A stretch of 64,000 nt of DNA from Methanomassiliicoccales archaeon (GTDB lineage: Archaea > Thermoplasmatota > Thermoplasmata > Methanomassiliicoccales > JACIVX01). The position numbers and the translations under genes are program-made. Positions within the stretch are counted from its first letter, which is position 1, and the number at the start of each line of letters is the position of its first letter. Positions 27,602-37,040 of the stretch are shown piece after piece. The notes below the pieces were generated by a model that saw only the letters and a list, made by a program, of their open reading frames with translations, ran no database searches and was not told where the DNA came from. The stretch covers positions 31,447-95,446 of the forward strand of contig JAWCLO010000007.1 in the NCBI GenBank assembly GCA_038850735.1, read 5' to 3'.

Positions 27602-30012
27602 GATATATGGAATTAGTGAACTACAGGAAGTTCAAACACTGTGCCATTGAATTTCCTGACGGTGTCATTGGAATCATTGGTCCAAATGGAGTAGGAAAGT
27701 CAAGTCTTATAGAGGCCATCGCCTGGGCAATTTATGGTAATGAAGCACCGATTGTCAGAACGACGAAAGAGGGCGTACTCAGAGCAAATGCTGGACCGAA
27801 TGAAGAATGTCGAGTTTTTCTTGAGTTCGAGATAGCTGGCGATTTTTACAAACTCGAACGGTCAATGAAAGGTCGAGATCTCAAAGTTGATGCGAAGCTG
27901 ATAGTCAACAACAAGCCACTTGCGAAAGGCGATAGAATTGTCACAGATGAGCTCACAAGGATACTTGGTATGGATTATAAGGCGTTTTTCATATCAGTTT
28001 TTGCGAGACAAAAGGATCTTGCTGCCTTGTCGGAACTGCAGCCGAGCGAAAGAAAGAAACTCATCCTCAGGATGCTCGAAATCGATGTGCTGGACAGCGT
28101 AGTTAGTGCAATAAGCAAAGATGTTGACTCGACTAGACGTGAACTGGAAATTATGTCGGCTCATCTGTTAGAGACAGACGGGAAAAAGAAAATAGATAAA
28201 TTGAACGACGAGCTGAAATCGATGGGTATGAGGCTAAATGAAGAAAAACTAAAATATGAATCCTTAATGGAAAAATTAGCCAGCCAGGAGGAGTTGTTTC
28301 GATCAGCAAGAGCTCAGAGAGAAGCGATGAAAAGTAAAGAGCAGTTGTTTATACAGCTAAATCAACGTTGTATTGAAAAAAAGGAAAGGCTGGCCTCCTT
28401 CGATCGCAAAAGGAAAGAGCTTGAGGACGAAATCAGAAAACTTCGCAAGATCTCTGAGGAGCTCAGAGGGCTTGAACCAATCTACCTTTCATGCATCGAA
28501 TTAGAAAAGAAGCGAGAAGAGCTTGATAGAATTCAACAGGCATTTGCAGAATCCAAGAGTACGAAAACCCAGCTTGATAAGGTTAGTCAGAAGATGAATA
28601 CAATTCAGGCAGAGATTGAGGATAGAAGAAAACGACTAGCTGCATACAAAGACATTGAGAGCCGGATTCAAATCGTGGAAAGAACAATTTCAGAAGTTGA
28701 GAAAAAAATTAACGATGCAAAGTCTAACGCGAATATCTTAATATCTGACATTAAAAGAGAATTAGAGAACATCGAAGAAGCAAAGAGAAAACGAAAGGAG
28801 ATTGCAAATCTTGGGCCTGAGGGGCTGTGTCCAATGTGCGAAAGACCCCTGGGCGAGCAACAGGTTTTGCTCCTCGATAAACTTCAAAGAGAAATAGAGC
28901 AGCTTGAGCAACTCATTAGAGAGAAGGAAGGTGAGATAGAAAACAATAGAATTATCATTAGAAAAGAAGAAGAGCGAAAAGAAGTGCTGGAAAAGAGGAG
29001 AATTGATCTGCTGAGGAAGCAAAAAGAAGAAATAAAGATCTCCGCAGACATTGAGCATCTTCAGGATGAATTGAGAAAATGCATTTTGGATAGGGATGAG
29101 CTGAAAAGAAAATTGGAAACACTTGGAGAAATCTCGTTTAATGAGGCGGAATACGAGCAAATCAAGAATAGAATAAGGAATCTGGAGGGAGAAAAACATC
29201 GCTATATAGAATTAGCTGCGCAGCTTAGGCGTCTTCCAGAGGCTGAAAAAGACCTGACGGAAATCAATGAGCGCTTGAGAATTGAAAGAGAATCGCTCGA
29301 TAAGATCCAAGAGCAAATCGATTCCCTTTGTTATAATGAGAGCGAAGCGAAAGCAGTCTACGACAGTTACGATTCAGCGCTGAGGATGAAGCAAGAAGTT
29401 GAGATAGACGTAAAGGAAAAGGAGGGTGATATAAAGCTGATGGAATTTCAGATCAAAACTATTGAGCAGCAGATTGAAGAGATAAAGTCACAGGAGGAAA
29501 ATCTTCTCATCGGAACAAAGAAACTGGAACAGCTTTCAGCGCTGGGCAATGTAATGAAAGCCTTTAAGGAAAACGTAATGGCAAGAATAGTTCCCACTTT
29601 ATCTGAAATTTCATCATCCCTATTTAACGAGTTGACAGACTCGAAATTTGCCGGCATGGAGCTTGATGAAAAATACGAAATATATATCTTCGATGGCGGA
29701 GAACGATATCCTATCTCGAGATTTTCTGGAGGCGAAGCCGACCTTGCAAATCTTTGCCTAAGATTGGCAATTTCTAGAGTAATCGCAGAGAGGGCTGGCA
29801 GTAGCGTCAATTTTCTCATACTCGATGAGATTTTTGGCTCACAGGATCAGGTCAGAAAGCGAAATATCATGAGAACACTAAATCAGTTGTCGAAGCAATT
29901 CAATCAAATCATATTGATCACACATATTGAGGACATAAGAGAATTTATGACTCATGTAATCAATGTAATAGAAAAAGAAGACGGAACGAGCGAAATCAGT
30001 ATTATGGCCTGA
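27598..30012 (+). CDS. rad50: DNA double-strand-break repair ATPase Rad50
   Basis: Walker A 'GPNGVGKSS', a long heptad coiled coil, central zinc hook 'GLCPMCERP', signature 'FSGGE' and Walker B 'LILDEIFG'. TTG 27598 overlaps the mre11 stop; ATG 27607 is an alternative. Confidence 0.9.
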   Translation: MRYMELVNYRKFKHCAIEFPDGVIGIIGPNGVGKSSLIEAIAWAIYGNEAPIVRTTKEGVLRANAGPNEECRVFLEFEIAGDFYKLERSMKGRDLKVDAKLIVNNKPLAKGDRIVTDELTRILGMDYKAFFISVFARQKDLAALSELQPSERKKLILRMLEIDVLDSVVSAISKDVDSTRRELEIMSAHLLETDGKKKIDKLNDELKSMGMRLNEEKLKYESLMEKLASQEELFRSARAQREAMKSKEQLFIQLNQRCIEKKERLASFDRKRKELEDEIRKLRKISEELRGLEPIYLSCIELEKKREELDRIQQAFAESKSTKTQLDKVSQKMNTIQAEIEDRRKRLAAYKDIESRIQIVERTISEVEKKINDAKSNANILISDIKRELENIEEAKRKRKEIANLGPEGLCPMCERPLGEQQVLLLDKLQREIEQLEQLIREKEGEIENNRIIIRKEEERKEVLEKRRIDLLRKQKEEIKISADIEHLQDELRKCILDRDELKRKLETLGEISFNEAEYEQIKNRIRNLEGEKHRYIELAAQLRRLPEAEKDLTEINERLRIERESLDKIQEQIDSLCYNESEAKAVYDSYDSALRMKQEVEIDVKEKEGDIKLMEFQIKTIEQQIEEIKSQEENLLIGTKKLEQLSALGNVMKAFKENVMARIVPTLSEISSSLFNELTDSKFAGMELDEKYEIYIFDGGERYPISRFSGGEADLANLCLRLAISRVIAERAGSSVNFLILDEIFGSQDQVRKRNIMRTLNQLSKQFNQIILITHIEDIREFMTHVINVIEKEDGTSEISIMA

Positions 30013-30047
30013 TTTCACTCACGTGTATCTGTTTCGTAGATTTTTCT

Positions 30048-31049
30048 TTATTTTTCCCAGATCTTACTGAGATCAACGTGTTCCCTAACGGCTTTGGTGA
30101 TTAAATCGATCTTCCTTTGATCGTCAGGAGCGATTCTAGCAATCAAATGTTCGACCATTTCAGCCGTGGTTGCCGTGTCGTAACGAACAAGCAGAACCGG
30201 AATTTGCTCCTCATAGGCCTTTGCAATTACAGTTTTTTCCGGATAAAGACCACCTGTGAGGATCAAACAGGAAGTATCCGTTGACAATGCTGCAATTTGT
30301 ATATCGGATCTGTCACCTCCAGTAATTACAGCCTTCCTTGCAACACGCCTCAAATACTTGATAGCGGTTTCGGGCCGCATCGCACCGATCATAACTTCTT
30401 CAACGATTTTGTCGAGGCCTTGTTCGCCAACGATGACGTCTGCACCAAGCGCATCTGCAACTTCTTTAACCCGATAATATTTCAATTCGCGGAGAGTAGG
30501 GATTGATCCGAGAACTGGAATCCCCTTCTCGGCAAGGAGAGCTTCATATGCCGGATCGTCCGTCTTATTAAGAATGACACCTCTGAAATTGACTTCATAT
30601 GATTCCATGAGACGCTTCAGCAACCCTACGGATTCAATTGCTTGCGGCTGCGAAGTCGAAACAAGCACTACATCGGCACCGACCGCCTCAGAGAACGCAA
30701 GACCTGATACATCGTGTAAATATCCTGTTTGAATGATCCTTGCTCCCTCTATTAACATATAATCACATTCGCATTTCACCCGTTCATATGCGCTGAGAAG
30801 TTTATCCATCAATGCGGGTTTGAAGAGATCATATCGAATCGGTGATAATGCTTCTTCGTCCTGTCCCAAATTCAAAGCTTTTTTCATTAAATGCGCATCC
30901 ATGTCAACAAGCCGATCATCAACGGATATTACGTCTTCCTTGAACGGTTTGAAATATCCCACCCTGCCTGGACAGTTCTTGGCAAGTCCAAGCGACACCA
31001 TTGTTTTGCCTGCTCTCTCTACCACAGCTCCTAAATAAATCGCTTTCAC
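30048..31049 (-). CDS. stand-alone phosphotransacetylase-N-terminal-like protein (P-loop-like domain + DRTGG domain)
   Basis: 'VITGGDRSDIQIAALSTDTSCLILTGG' (DRTGG) and an N-terminal 'GAVVERAGKT'. 4-nt overlap with the upstream acetyl-CoA synthetase gene. Confidence 0.7.
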   Translation of the reverse strand: MKAIYLGAVVERAGKTMVSLGLAKNCPGRVGYFKPFKEDVISVDDRLVDMDAHLMKKALNLGQDEEALSPIRYDLFKPALMDKLLSAYERVKCECDYMLIEGARIIQTGYLHDVSGLAFSEAVGADVVLVSTSQPQAIESVGLLKRLMESYEVNFRGVILNKTDDPAYEALLAEKGIPVLGSIPTLRELKYYRVKEVADALGADVIVGEQGLDKIVEEVMIGAMRPETAIKYLRRVARKAVITGGDRSDIQIAALSTDTSCLILTGGLYPEKTVIAKAYEEQIPVLLVRYDTATTAEMVEHLIARIAPDDQRKIDLITKAVREHVDLSKIWEK

Positions 31050-33145
31050 CTACTCTCCCTCCTAATTGTAACGAGCGCATCTACAGCGCCACAACCTTTT
31101 CCTTCATCCCCTACGATTACTGGGTTGATCTCCAGCTCGGAGATTTCAGGGAAGTCCAGTGCTATCTGGGCAACCCTAAATACGACATCTTTAAGTGATT
31201 CGATATCGGCAGGCTTCTTTCCCCTTGCGCCCGTGAGTATCGGAAAAGCCTTGATCGATTGAATCATGGTATTGACATCAGATGGAGTCAACGGTGCGAT
31301 TCTTTGAGATACGTCCTTCAGTATCTCGACAAATATCCCTCCAAGACCAAATGTAATTACTGGACCGAACTGCGGATCCCTGACCATGCCAACGATGACC
31401 TCACGGCCAGTAATCATCTGCTGAATTGATATGCCTATTATTCGTGCCCTTGGTGCTATGCTTCTAGTTCGAGATAGTATGATATCGAACTGCTTGCGTA
31501 CTTCATCAGGTGACTTTATATTGATGGAAACTCCGCCGACATCTGTCTTGTGAAAGATATCCGGAGATACAATTTTCATCACAACAGGGTATCCAAGTCT
31601 GTTTGCAATTTCAACAGCCTCTTCTGGTGTTTTAGCAATTCCCTCGCCAGGCACTGGTATTCCATAAGCTCGGAAGATTTCTTTGCCTTCTTCTTCACTG
31701 AGTGAGGTCCTCCCTTCTGCTACCACGCGATCGAGCAGTTCTCTTACCTTCTTTGTATCGCCTTTGATCAACACAGGTCCACTCTCTACCCTGATATTTT
31801 TAATACGTGCATATCTAACCATTCCGCTAAGTGCGAACATTGCCCTATCAGGCGATTCGTAATTAGGAATCCCCGCTTCGCTCAGTATCTTAATGCCAGC
31901 CTCACAATCCTTTCCACCAACAAAAGCTGTAACAATGGGGATCTTCGTCTTTCCAGCAAATGAAGCTATGATTTTTGCAGTCGCAGGGATATCGACGAGA
32001 TCGGTGGGAGCGAGCATCACTGCAATACATGATACATTTTCATCTTCCATTACAGTCTTAATTGCAAATTCATATCTTGCCGCATCAGCATCGCCTATGA
32101 CATCAACAGGATTGTAGAAATTTGCCTGCTCAGGCAATCTGCTTTTCAACTTTGAAATAGTTTCGGGGGAAAATGAGGCGAGCGTCAGACCGTGATCAGC
32201 TGCAGCATCGGCAGCCATTACGCCTAGTCCTCCTGCGTTCGTTACGATCGCAACCTTATCACCTGTTGGCAGCGGCATATTCGAAAAGACCAGCAGCAAA
32301 TCAAATAGCTGGTCAATTGTCTTGACGCGAACGATGCCAGCTTGATCCATCGCTGCATCATATACTGCATCGCTACCAGAAAGCGCTCCGGTGTGTGATG
32401 AAGCCGCTTTCGCACCGGAGCTAGTTCTTCCCGCTTTTAAAGCGATGATAGGCTTGCTTCTAGTTGTAAGCGATGCTTGACGCATGAACTCAGTGCCACG
32501 ATCCGTTCCCTCAATGTACATCGCGATGGCTTTTGTGTAGTCATCATTTCGGAGATACGCAAGCAGATCAGCTTCATCGATGTCAACTTTGTTACCAACA
32601 CTGATGAATTTTGCAAAGCCGATTCTGTTTTGTGAAGCCCAGTCTAAAATTGTCGTGCAGATTGCACCAGATTGCGACATTATGGAAATTGTCCCTTCTT
32701 TTGGATAATTTCTTGTAAACGTCGCATTCATATTGTGATGAGTGTTGATCAGTCCGAGGCAGTTCGGGCCAAGAATGTTGATACCATACTTCCTGCCGAT
32801 CTCTCCCACTTTTCTCTCGAGTTCAGCCCCTTCTTTTCCGCTTTCTTTGAATCCCGAAGTTATAATGATGGCAGACTTAACACCCTTATGGCCTGCCTCT
32901 TCCATGATTTTTGGTACTAGTACATTCGGAACAACGACAATCGCAAGGTCGATTTCATCTGGTATAGCAGTCAAGGATGCATAACATTTGAGTCCCAAGA
33001 TTACATCTGCCTTCGGATTAACAGGGTAGATTCTTCCTTCGAAACCTGAAGCTATAAGATTTTTGACAACAACGTGCCCAACCTTTGTTTCTTCTCTCGC
33101 GGCACCGACGACCGCTATGGATTTTGGTTCAAACAACGTTTTCAT
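31046..33145 (-). CDS. acd: ADP-forming acetyl-CoA synthetase (acetate--CoA ligase), fused alpha-beta
   Basis: 'PKSIAVVGA' CoA-binding N-terminus, phosphohistidine segment 'SSHTGALSGS' and a C-terminal ATP-grasp ('YPVVMKIVSPDIFHKTDVGGV'). Confidence 0.88.
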   Translation of the reverse strand: MKTLFEPKSIAVVGAAREETKVGHVVVKNLIASGFEGRIYPVNPKADVILGLKCYASLTAIPDEIDLAIVVVPNVLVPKIMEEAGHKGVKSAIIITSGFKESGKEGAELERKVGEIGRKYGINILGPNCLGLINTHHNMNATFTRNYPKEGTISIMSQSGAICTTILDWASQNRIGFAKFISVGNKVDIDEADLLAYLRNDDYTKAIAMYIEGTDRGTEFMRQASLTTRSKPIIALKAGRTSSGAKAASSHTGALSGSDAVYDAAMDQAGIVRVKTIDQLFDLLLVFSNMPLPTGDKVAIVTNAGGLGVMAADAAADHGLTLASFSPETISKLKSRLPEQANFYNPVDVIGDADAARYEFAIKTVMEDENVSCIAVMLAPTDLVDIPATAKIIASFAGKTKIPIVTAFVGGKDCEAGIKILSEAGIPNYESPDRAMFALSGMVRYARIKNIRVESGPVLIKGDTKKVRELLDRVVAEGRTSLSEEEGKEIFRAYGIPVPGEGIAKTPEEAVEIANRLGYPVVMKIVSPDIFHKTDVGGVSINIKSPDEVRKQFDIILSRTRSIAPRARIIGISIQQMITGREVIVGMVRDPQFGPVITFGLGGIFVEILKDVSQRIAPLTPSDVNTMIQSIKAFPILTGARGKKPADIESLKDVVFRVAQIALDFPEISELEINPVIVGDEGKGCGAVDALVTIRRESR

Positions 33146-33189
33146 TTCAAATCTCCCTGCGTCGATTTTGCCTACGCCGAATTAGATAC

Positions 33190-34146
33190 CTATATTTCTA
33201 GATTATGTTTCAATTCTGAATCACTCGATACGAGAATCGAACCATATCTGCCGAGTTTCATCTGACTCTGAACCTGTACATCCTTTTGGCGATGAGGTAT
33301 CGAAAGGAGATCCATCATTTGAAGAGCATTCTTCACTGCTTTTGCACTACCGTGATTATTGAAATAAACCCTAACCTCTGCTGCAGCATTTTTCATTCTT
33401 CCGATTCTTTCTTGCCAGGGTCTTAGTTGATCCAAGCTATACAAATAATCGTATCGATTTATTCGAGGATCATCCTCCCTTTCTTCACTGAACCAAATGT
33501 CGTAATTACGACCATGAAATCGAATGTAAACATGATTTGATGTCAGTTCATCTATGAAGGGAAATCCGGGCCCATCAACCACCACAATAGCGACCTTATG
33601 CTCCCTCAGAATATCTACAACATCTTCAATTACATGCTCTCGAATTCCATCAAGCCATGAATTATGACGGAATTCGATTGCGTACTTGAACTTGTCACAC
33701 GAGAGTGAATAGAGAAGTGATGAAAGCATTCTAAGCGAGCTATCAGAATACTTGAAATGAGGTGAGAGTTGTAAAAGCGCAGCTCCAAGAAGACCCTTCT
33801 CTTCAAGTGGAGAAAGACAAATTCTTTCGAACGAAAGCGCTTGATTGATGGCAGCTTCGCAATCTCCTTGAACCAATGATTCGTGAGTGACGACTCGCGG
33901 AATTTTGACCGAAAATTCGAATTCTCCGAATAACAGTCCTTTTGAAATCCATGATCTTACAAGAAATTCGCTCGGCGGTCTGTAGAAGGTGCTGTTTATC
34001 TCGACGGTCTTAAAAAACTGCGCATAATATCGCAACCACTCTTCTTTCTTTTTTGCGAGATAAAGAGGGTAGAAACGCCCAATCCAATCGTCGTATGACC
34101 AGCCACTGCATCCTATGAGTACACTCATCGTGTTTCTATTGTTCAT
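33190..34146 (-). CDS. DUF72 (UPF0759) family protein
   Basis: 'IGCSGWSYDDWIGRFYP' and 'VEINSTFYRPP'. ATG 34146 overlaps the upstream gene by 11 nt; ATG 34128 is the alternative. Confidence 0.8.
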   Translation of the reverse strand: MNNRNTMSVLIGCSGWSYDDWIGRFYPLYLAKKKEEWLRYYAQFFKTVEINSTFYRPPSEFLVRSWISKGLLFGEFEFSVKIPRVVTHESLVQGDCEAAINQALSFERICLSPLEEKGLLGAALLQLSPHFKYSDSSLRMLSSLLYSLSCDKFKYAIEFRHNSWLDGIREHVIEDVVDILREHKVAIVVVDGPGFPFIDELTSNHVYIRFHGRNYDIWFSEEREDDPRINRYDYLYSLDQLRPWQERIGRMKNAAAEVRVYFNNHGSAKAVKNALQMMDLLSIPHRQKDVQVQSQMKLGRYGSILVSSDSELKHNLEI

Positions 34147-34681
34147 CTCCCGATAAAAAGTTTCTCAATCGGTTCAAGATGATATTTGGAAGTATGTCGC
34201 GATTTTCAAAGGTTGCTACATAAAGCTCTACATCAGACCTCATCTTGATCTCATCAAAGAAATCCTCTTTGCCTTTTTCAGATACCGTTGCTATGACGAC
34301 ATTTTGTGAGTCAAGGGCCAATACTACGAGTGATCTGAACAGCGGCGACAAGACTTCCATTTTTCCAATTTCATCGATTACCACAATCTTCTCAGACCTT
34401 ATCGCTTCGGCAATTGATGTTACCGCTATATTGTTGATTTCCTGCAGATTCACACCATATTTTCCGACTTTTGGAGCGCCGCTTAGCGAAATGCTAGCCA
34501 AAACTCCTGTTTTACCATCGAGCGACACGATTTTAAACCCCACTCTGATTCCTTCAGATCTGATCTCCTCAGTGTAAAATCCTCCGCATCTTTCCCCGAG
34601 TTTCTCCACGACTTTCTTAATTACTGTTGTTTTTCCCACTCCTGGTATGCCAGTGATCAGGATATTCTTTGCAAGACCCAT
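34136..34681 (-). CDS. THEP1-like nucleoside-triphosphatase
   Basis: 'ILITGIPGVGKTT' and 'VVIDEIGKME'. ATG 34681 lies 6 nt after AGGAGG. The ORF-track start 34774 adds an unsupported 31 aa. Confidence 0.8.
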   Translation of the reverse strand: MGLAKNILITGIPGVGKTTVIKKVVEKLGERCGGFYTEEIRSEGIRVGFKIVSLDGKTGVLASISLSGAPKVGKYGVNLQEINNIAVTSIAEAIRSEKIVVIDEIGKMEVLSPLFRSLVVLALDSQNVVIATVSEKGKEDFFDEIKMRSDVELYVATFENRDILPNIILNRLRNFLSGDEQ

Positions 34682-34745
34682 TTTTTGCCTCCTACTTTGG
34701 AGAGAAACCGGTTGTTGTGCGCATTTTTGGAAGAAGACATCTAAG

Positions 34746-34753
34746 TTTATATA
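34746..34753. promoter_or_regulatory. TATA-box ('TTTATATA'), possibly bidirectional
   Basis: It is centred about 27 nt upstream of the base of the first hairpin of the candidate RNA (plus strand). It is also about 70 nt upstream of the NTPase ATG (minus strand). Confidence 0.4.
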
Positions 34754-34776
34754 GTGAACACAGATTAATATCAATT

Positions 34777-34970
34777 GCCTGAGATGTCTCTGATATTCTC
34801 AGGCATACGGGTACCGATAATAATGGGTCGCTCCAGGAACTCCGATGTGACATCGGGTCATGACTGGGGACCAACCCCGGTACTCTACAATCCCCAGCCT
34901 GGGTCAATGTGGTGAGTTGGGTGATTCCCTGCGATGACCCAATTTGTTAAGGCTGGGGAACAAAGATTTT
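34777..34970 (+). ncRNA. candidate structured small RNA (~190 nt), class unassigned
   Basis: Three strong helices: 34777-84/34797-804 (8 bp); 34809-16/34878-85 (8 bp) enclosing 34842-47/34851-56; and 34892-99/34951-58 continued by 34900-06/34935-41 (15 bp total). An upstream TATA and a 3' T-run (34967-70) are present. No ORF. Confidence 0.45.
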
Positions 34971-35047
34971 GGAATTTATGATAATCGATTGAGATGCCTA
35001 AATGATCCTCGAAATGTTAATCATCGAAGAATTCCATTCATTTAACG

Positions 35048-35317
35048 TTGGTCAGGTTTATTAGAAAGGGTGAATGCAATCGGTGTGGAGATTGCTGCAA
35101 ACCGCGCTTCGAAATTGATGAAGAGGCCAGAAATTTCTATTTAAATAATGGATTACCAGAGAACGGACAATGCCAGTTTCTGGCACTAATTGATAACGTG
35201 TGGACATGCACAATTTATTCAAAGAGACCTTCGTTTTGTGAAGCATTCCCATGGCACCCAGATCAACTCAAGGGACTGCCAAAGTGTTCTTATTATTTCG
35301 AATTAGAGAAGGATTAG
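35048..35317 (+). CDS. YkgJ-family cysteine-cluster protein
   Basis: 'CNRCGDCC', with further Cys at 'CQF', 'CTIY', 'FCEAFPW' and 'KCSY'. TTG start. Confidence 0.6.
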   Translation: MVRFIRKGECNRCGDCCKPRFEIDEEARNFYLNNGLPENGQCQFLALIDNVWTCTIYSKRPSFCEAFPWHPDQLKGLPKCSYYFELEKD

Positions 35318-36294
35318 CGCAGATAGACTGATCCCAACCTCTTACTCCAGAACCAATCGTTATCTGTTGATGCTTCTTCCCTTGCTCTGAGATACTGCTC
35401 TATTTTGCACTCCACGTCATCTGCTAAACTGACAGCAACTGCTTCAGGAAAAACGGGAATCTTTGGAGATCCAAATTCAGGCTTTCCGTGATGGCTCAAA
35501 ATAATATGGCAAATCTTGAGTTTCAGAGAGCGGGGAAACTCGGTGATTGAATCACATGCCCTTGAGATCATTTCTTCTCCTATTACCAAATGTCCCCTGA
35601 ACATTCCGTCATCCGTTTCTTCGATACTCGTTGAGATGGTATATTCTTCAATTTTTCCCACATCATGTAGAATTGCACCGGCAATGAGCAAATCACGATC
35701 TAGGGTTGGAAATAACCTTGATAGGAACTCGCAGAGCTGTGTTACGCGAAGCGTGTGCTCGAGCAGTCCGCCTATCCAAAATCCGTGAATAGACATCGAT
35801 GCTGGTGAATGCTTAAATTTCTCAACAAACGATTCGTCGGAAAAGAAGTGAACAAGAAGCGATCGGAGGTGAACATTATCCACTTTTCTTATCATCGCAT
35901 TTAGACTAGAAATCATCTGATCAAGATCTTTATCGCTAACTGCAACGAAATCTCGGACATTGTATTCTCCATCTGGGATCAAATTGATAGAATGTCCTTT
36001 ATCAGCACTAACCCCAATTTCAAGAACGTTGTTGTACTCTGCAACTGTTCCCTTAATTCTAATTACATCGCCCTCTTTCAGACTCTCGTAAAGTCTTTGA
36101 ACTGACTCTTCGTCCGCTCCTCCCCAGTACTTTGCATTAATCTGACCGGTCTTATCGCAAATGCGCAACTCAAACATATAACCACGCGCGTATTTTCGGG
36201 GTGGCTTTTTGTACTTTATAGAAAAAAGTTCGTCAATTTCTTCTCCAGCGACAAGATTCTTGATAAAGCGTTTCTTTGAAGAGGTAGAATTCAT
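35314..36294 (-). CDS. OB-fold + HD-domain protein (YhaM-like predicted 3'-5' exonuclease)
   Basis: N-terminal OB fold ('GDVIRIKGTVAEYNNVLEI'). HD motifs 'LLEHTLRV', 'AGAILHDVGK', 'ILSHHG' and 'LADDVE'. Confidence 0.7.
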   Translation of the reverse strand: MNSTSSKKRFIKNLVAGEEIDELFSIKYKKPPRKYARGYMFELRICDKTGQINAKYWGGADEESVQRLYESLKEGDVIRIKGTVAEYNNVLEIGVSADKGHSINLIPDGEYNVRDFVAVSDKDLDQMISSLNAMIRKVDNVHLRSLLVHFFSDESFVEKFKHSPASMSIHGFWIGGLLEHTLRVTQLCEFLSRLFPTLDRDLLIAGAILHDVGKIEEYTISTSIEETDDGMFRGHLVIGEEMISRACDSITEFPRSLKLKICHIILSHHGKPEFGSPKIPVFPEAVAVSLADDVECKIEQYLRAREEASTDNDWFWSKRLGSVYLR

Positions 36295-37040
36295 GATTCA
36301 TCATCTCTCACGCGTCTAAAATCCTTTCGAAAAGATCTTTCTGCTTGTCCAGAGTTTCGCTTTGATAACTTTTTCAACAATTCTTTAGCCTCTATCCAGT
36401 TGGGAAACTTTCTCTCGAGCATTCTGAATTCGTTATCATGTCCCGATGTGAGATTGTGCTTGCCAAGCTCGAGATGTAAGAGCTCATGATACAACACATA
36501 TGATGGCACTGTTACGGGAATTGCGTGCGAGTCAAGAGTCGAACTTATCGCTATCACCTTCATGATTAGGCTGCAGTACCCTACACGACTTCTGTTTCCA
36601 TTGATGGTCCATGTAATAAATGCATTTGAAGAATCTTGGATGAGACCTTTAGATATCAGTTGGTCACGAATATCTTCAAGATTATATACCGAACCGCTCG
36701 GAGAAAGTTTCAGATTTTTGCTCCGTGACAGGTAAATTGGTCTATTCCTTTTTGCAAATTCTTCTGTAGTGATCCATTTCTTGAGAGCATCTCCATATAG
36801 GTTGGAGTCTCTACCATAGATGATCCTTCTCATTACTGCATGAATAAACTCAGTAAGGACCTCTTCATCTGCCCACTGCAAGTAGTCCGATATGCACAAT
36901 TCAATCGCTGTTCCATTCCTTTTCCATTTAGCTTTTAGTTCTTTGAAAGGAGAAAACTCAGCATGGATCAGCTTTACCCCGTAATTCTCTGCAACTGATT
37001 CGGAAATAGATTTCAGCTTGCTATCATGTTCTTCATTCAA
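36291..37040 (-). CDS. HExxH zinc metallopeptidase, SprT/DUF45(YgjP)-like
   Basis: 'VLYHELLHLELGKHNLTSGHDNEFRMLERKFP' (HExxH, then a downstream His and EF). TTGA overlap with the upstream gene and ATGA overlap with the downstream gene. Confidence 0.6.
   Translation of the reverse strand: MNEEHDSKLKSISESVAENYGVKLIHAEFSPFKELKAKWKRNGTAIELCISDYLQWADEEVLTEFIHAVMRRIIYGRDSNLYGDALKKWITTEEFAKRNRPIYLSRSKNLKLSPSGSVYNLEDIRDQLISKGLIQDSSNAFITWTINGNRSRVGYCSLIMKVIAISSTLDSHAIPVTVPSYVLYHELLHLELGKHNLTSGHDNEFRMLERKFPNWIEAKELLKKLSKRNSGQAERSFRKDFRRVRDDES

Noticed and set aside
28762-29199. 145-aa minus-strand ORF inside rad50
   Set aside because: This is the antisense of the Glu/Lys-rich coiled-coil region (GAA/AAG codons read as Phe/Leu/Ser), a typical artefact.
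34777-34970. Classifying the structured RNA as SRP RNA, RNase P RNA or a bona fide H/ACA guide
   Set aside because: I found no GGAA/AGCA-type helix-8 SRP motif and no GAGGAAAGUCC-type RNase P CR-I. The length (~190 nt) is too short for either. For H/ACA, the first hairpin has no pocket, the third has only a one-sided 9-nt bulge, and no K-turn/K-loop was identifiable. It is kept as an unassigned candidate only.
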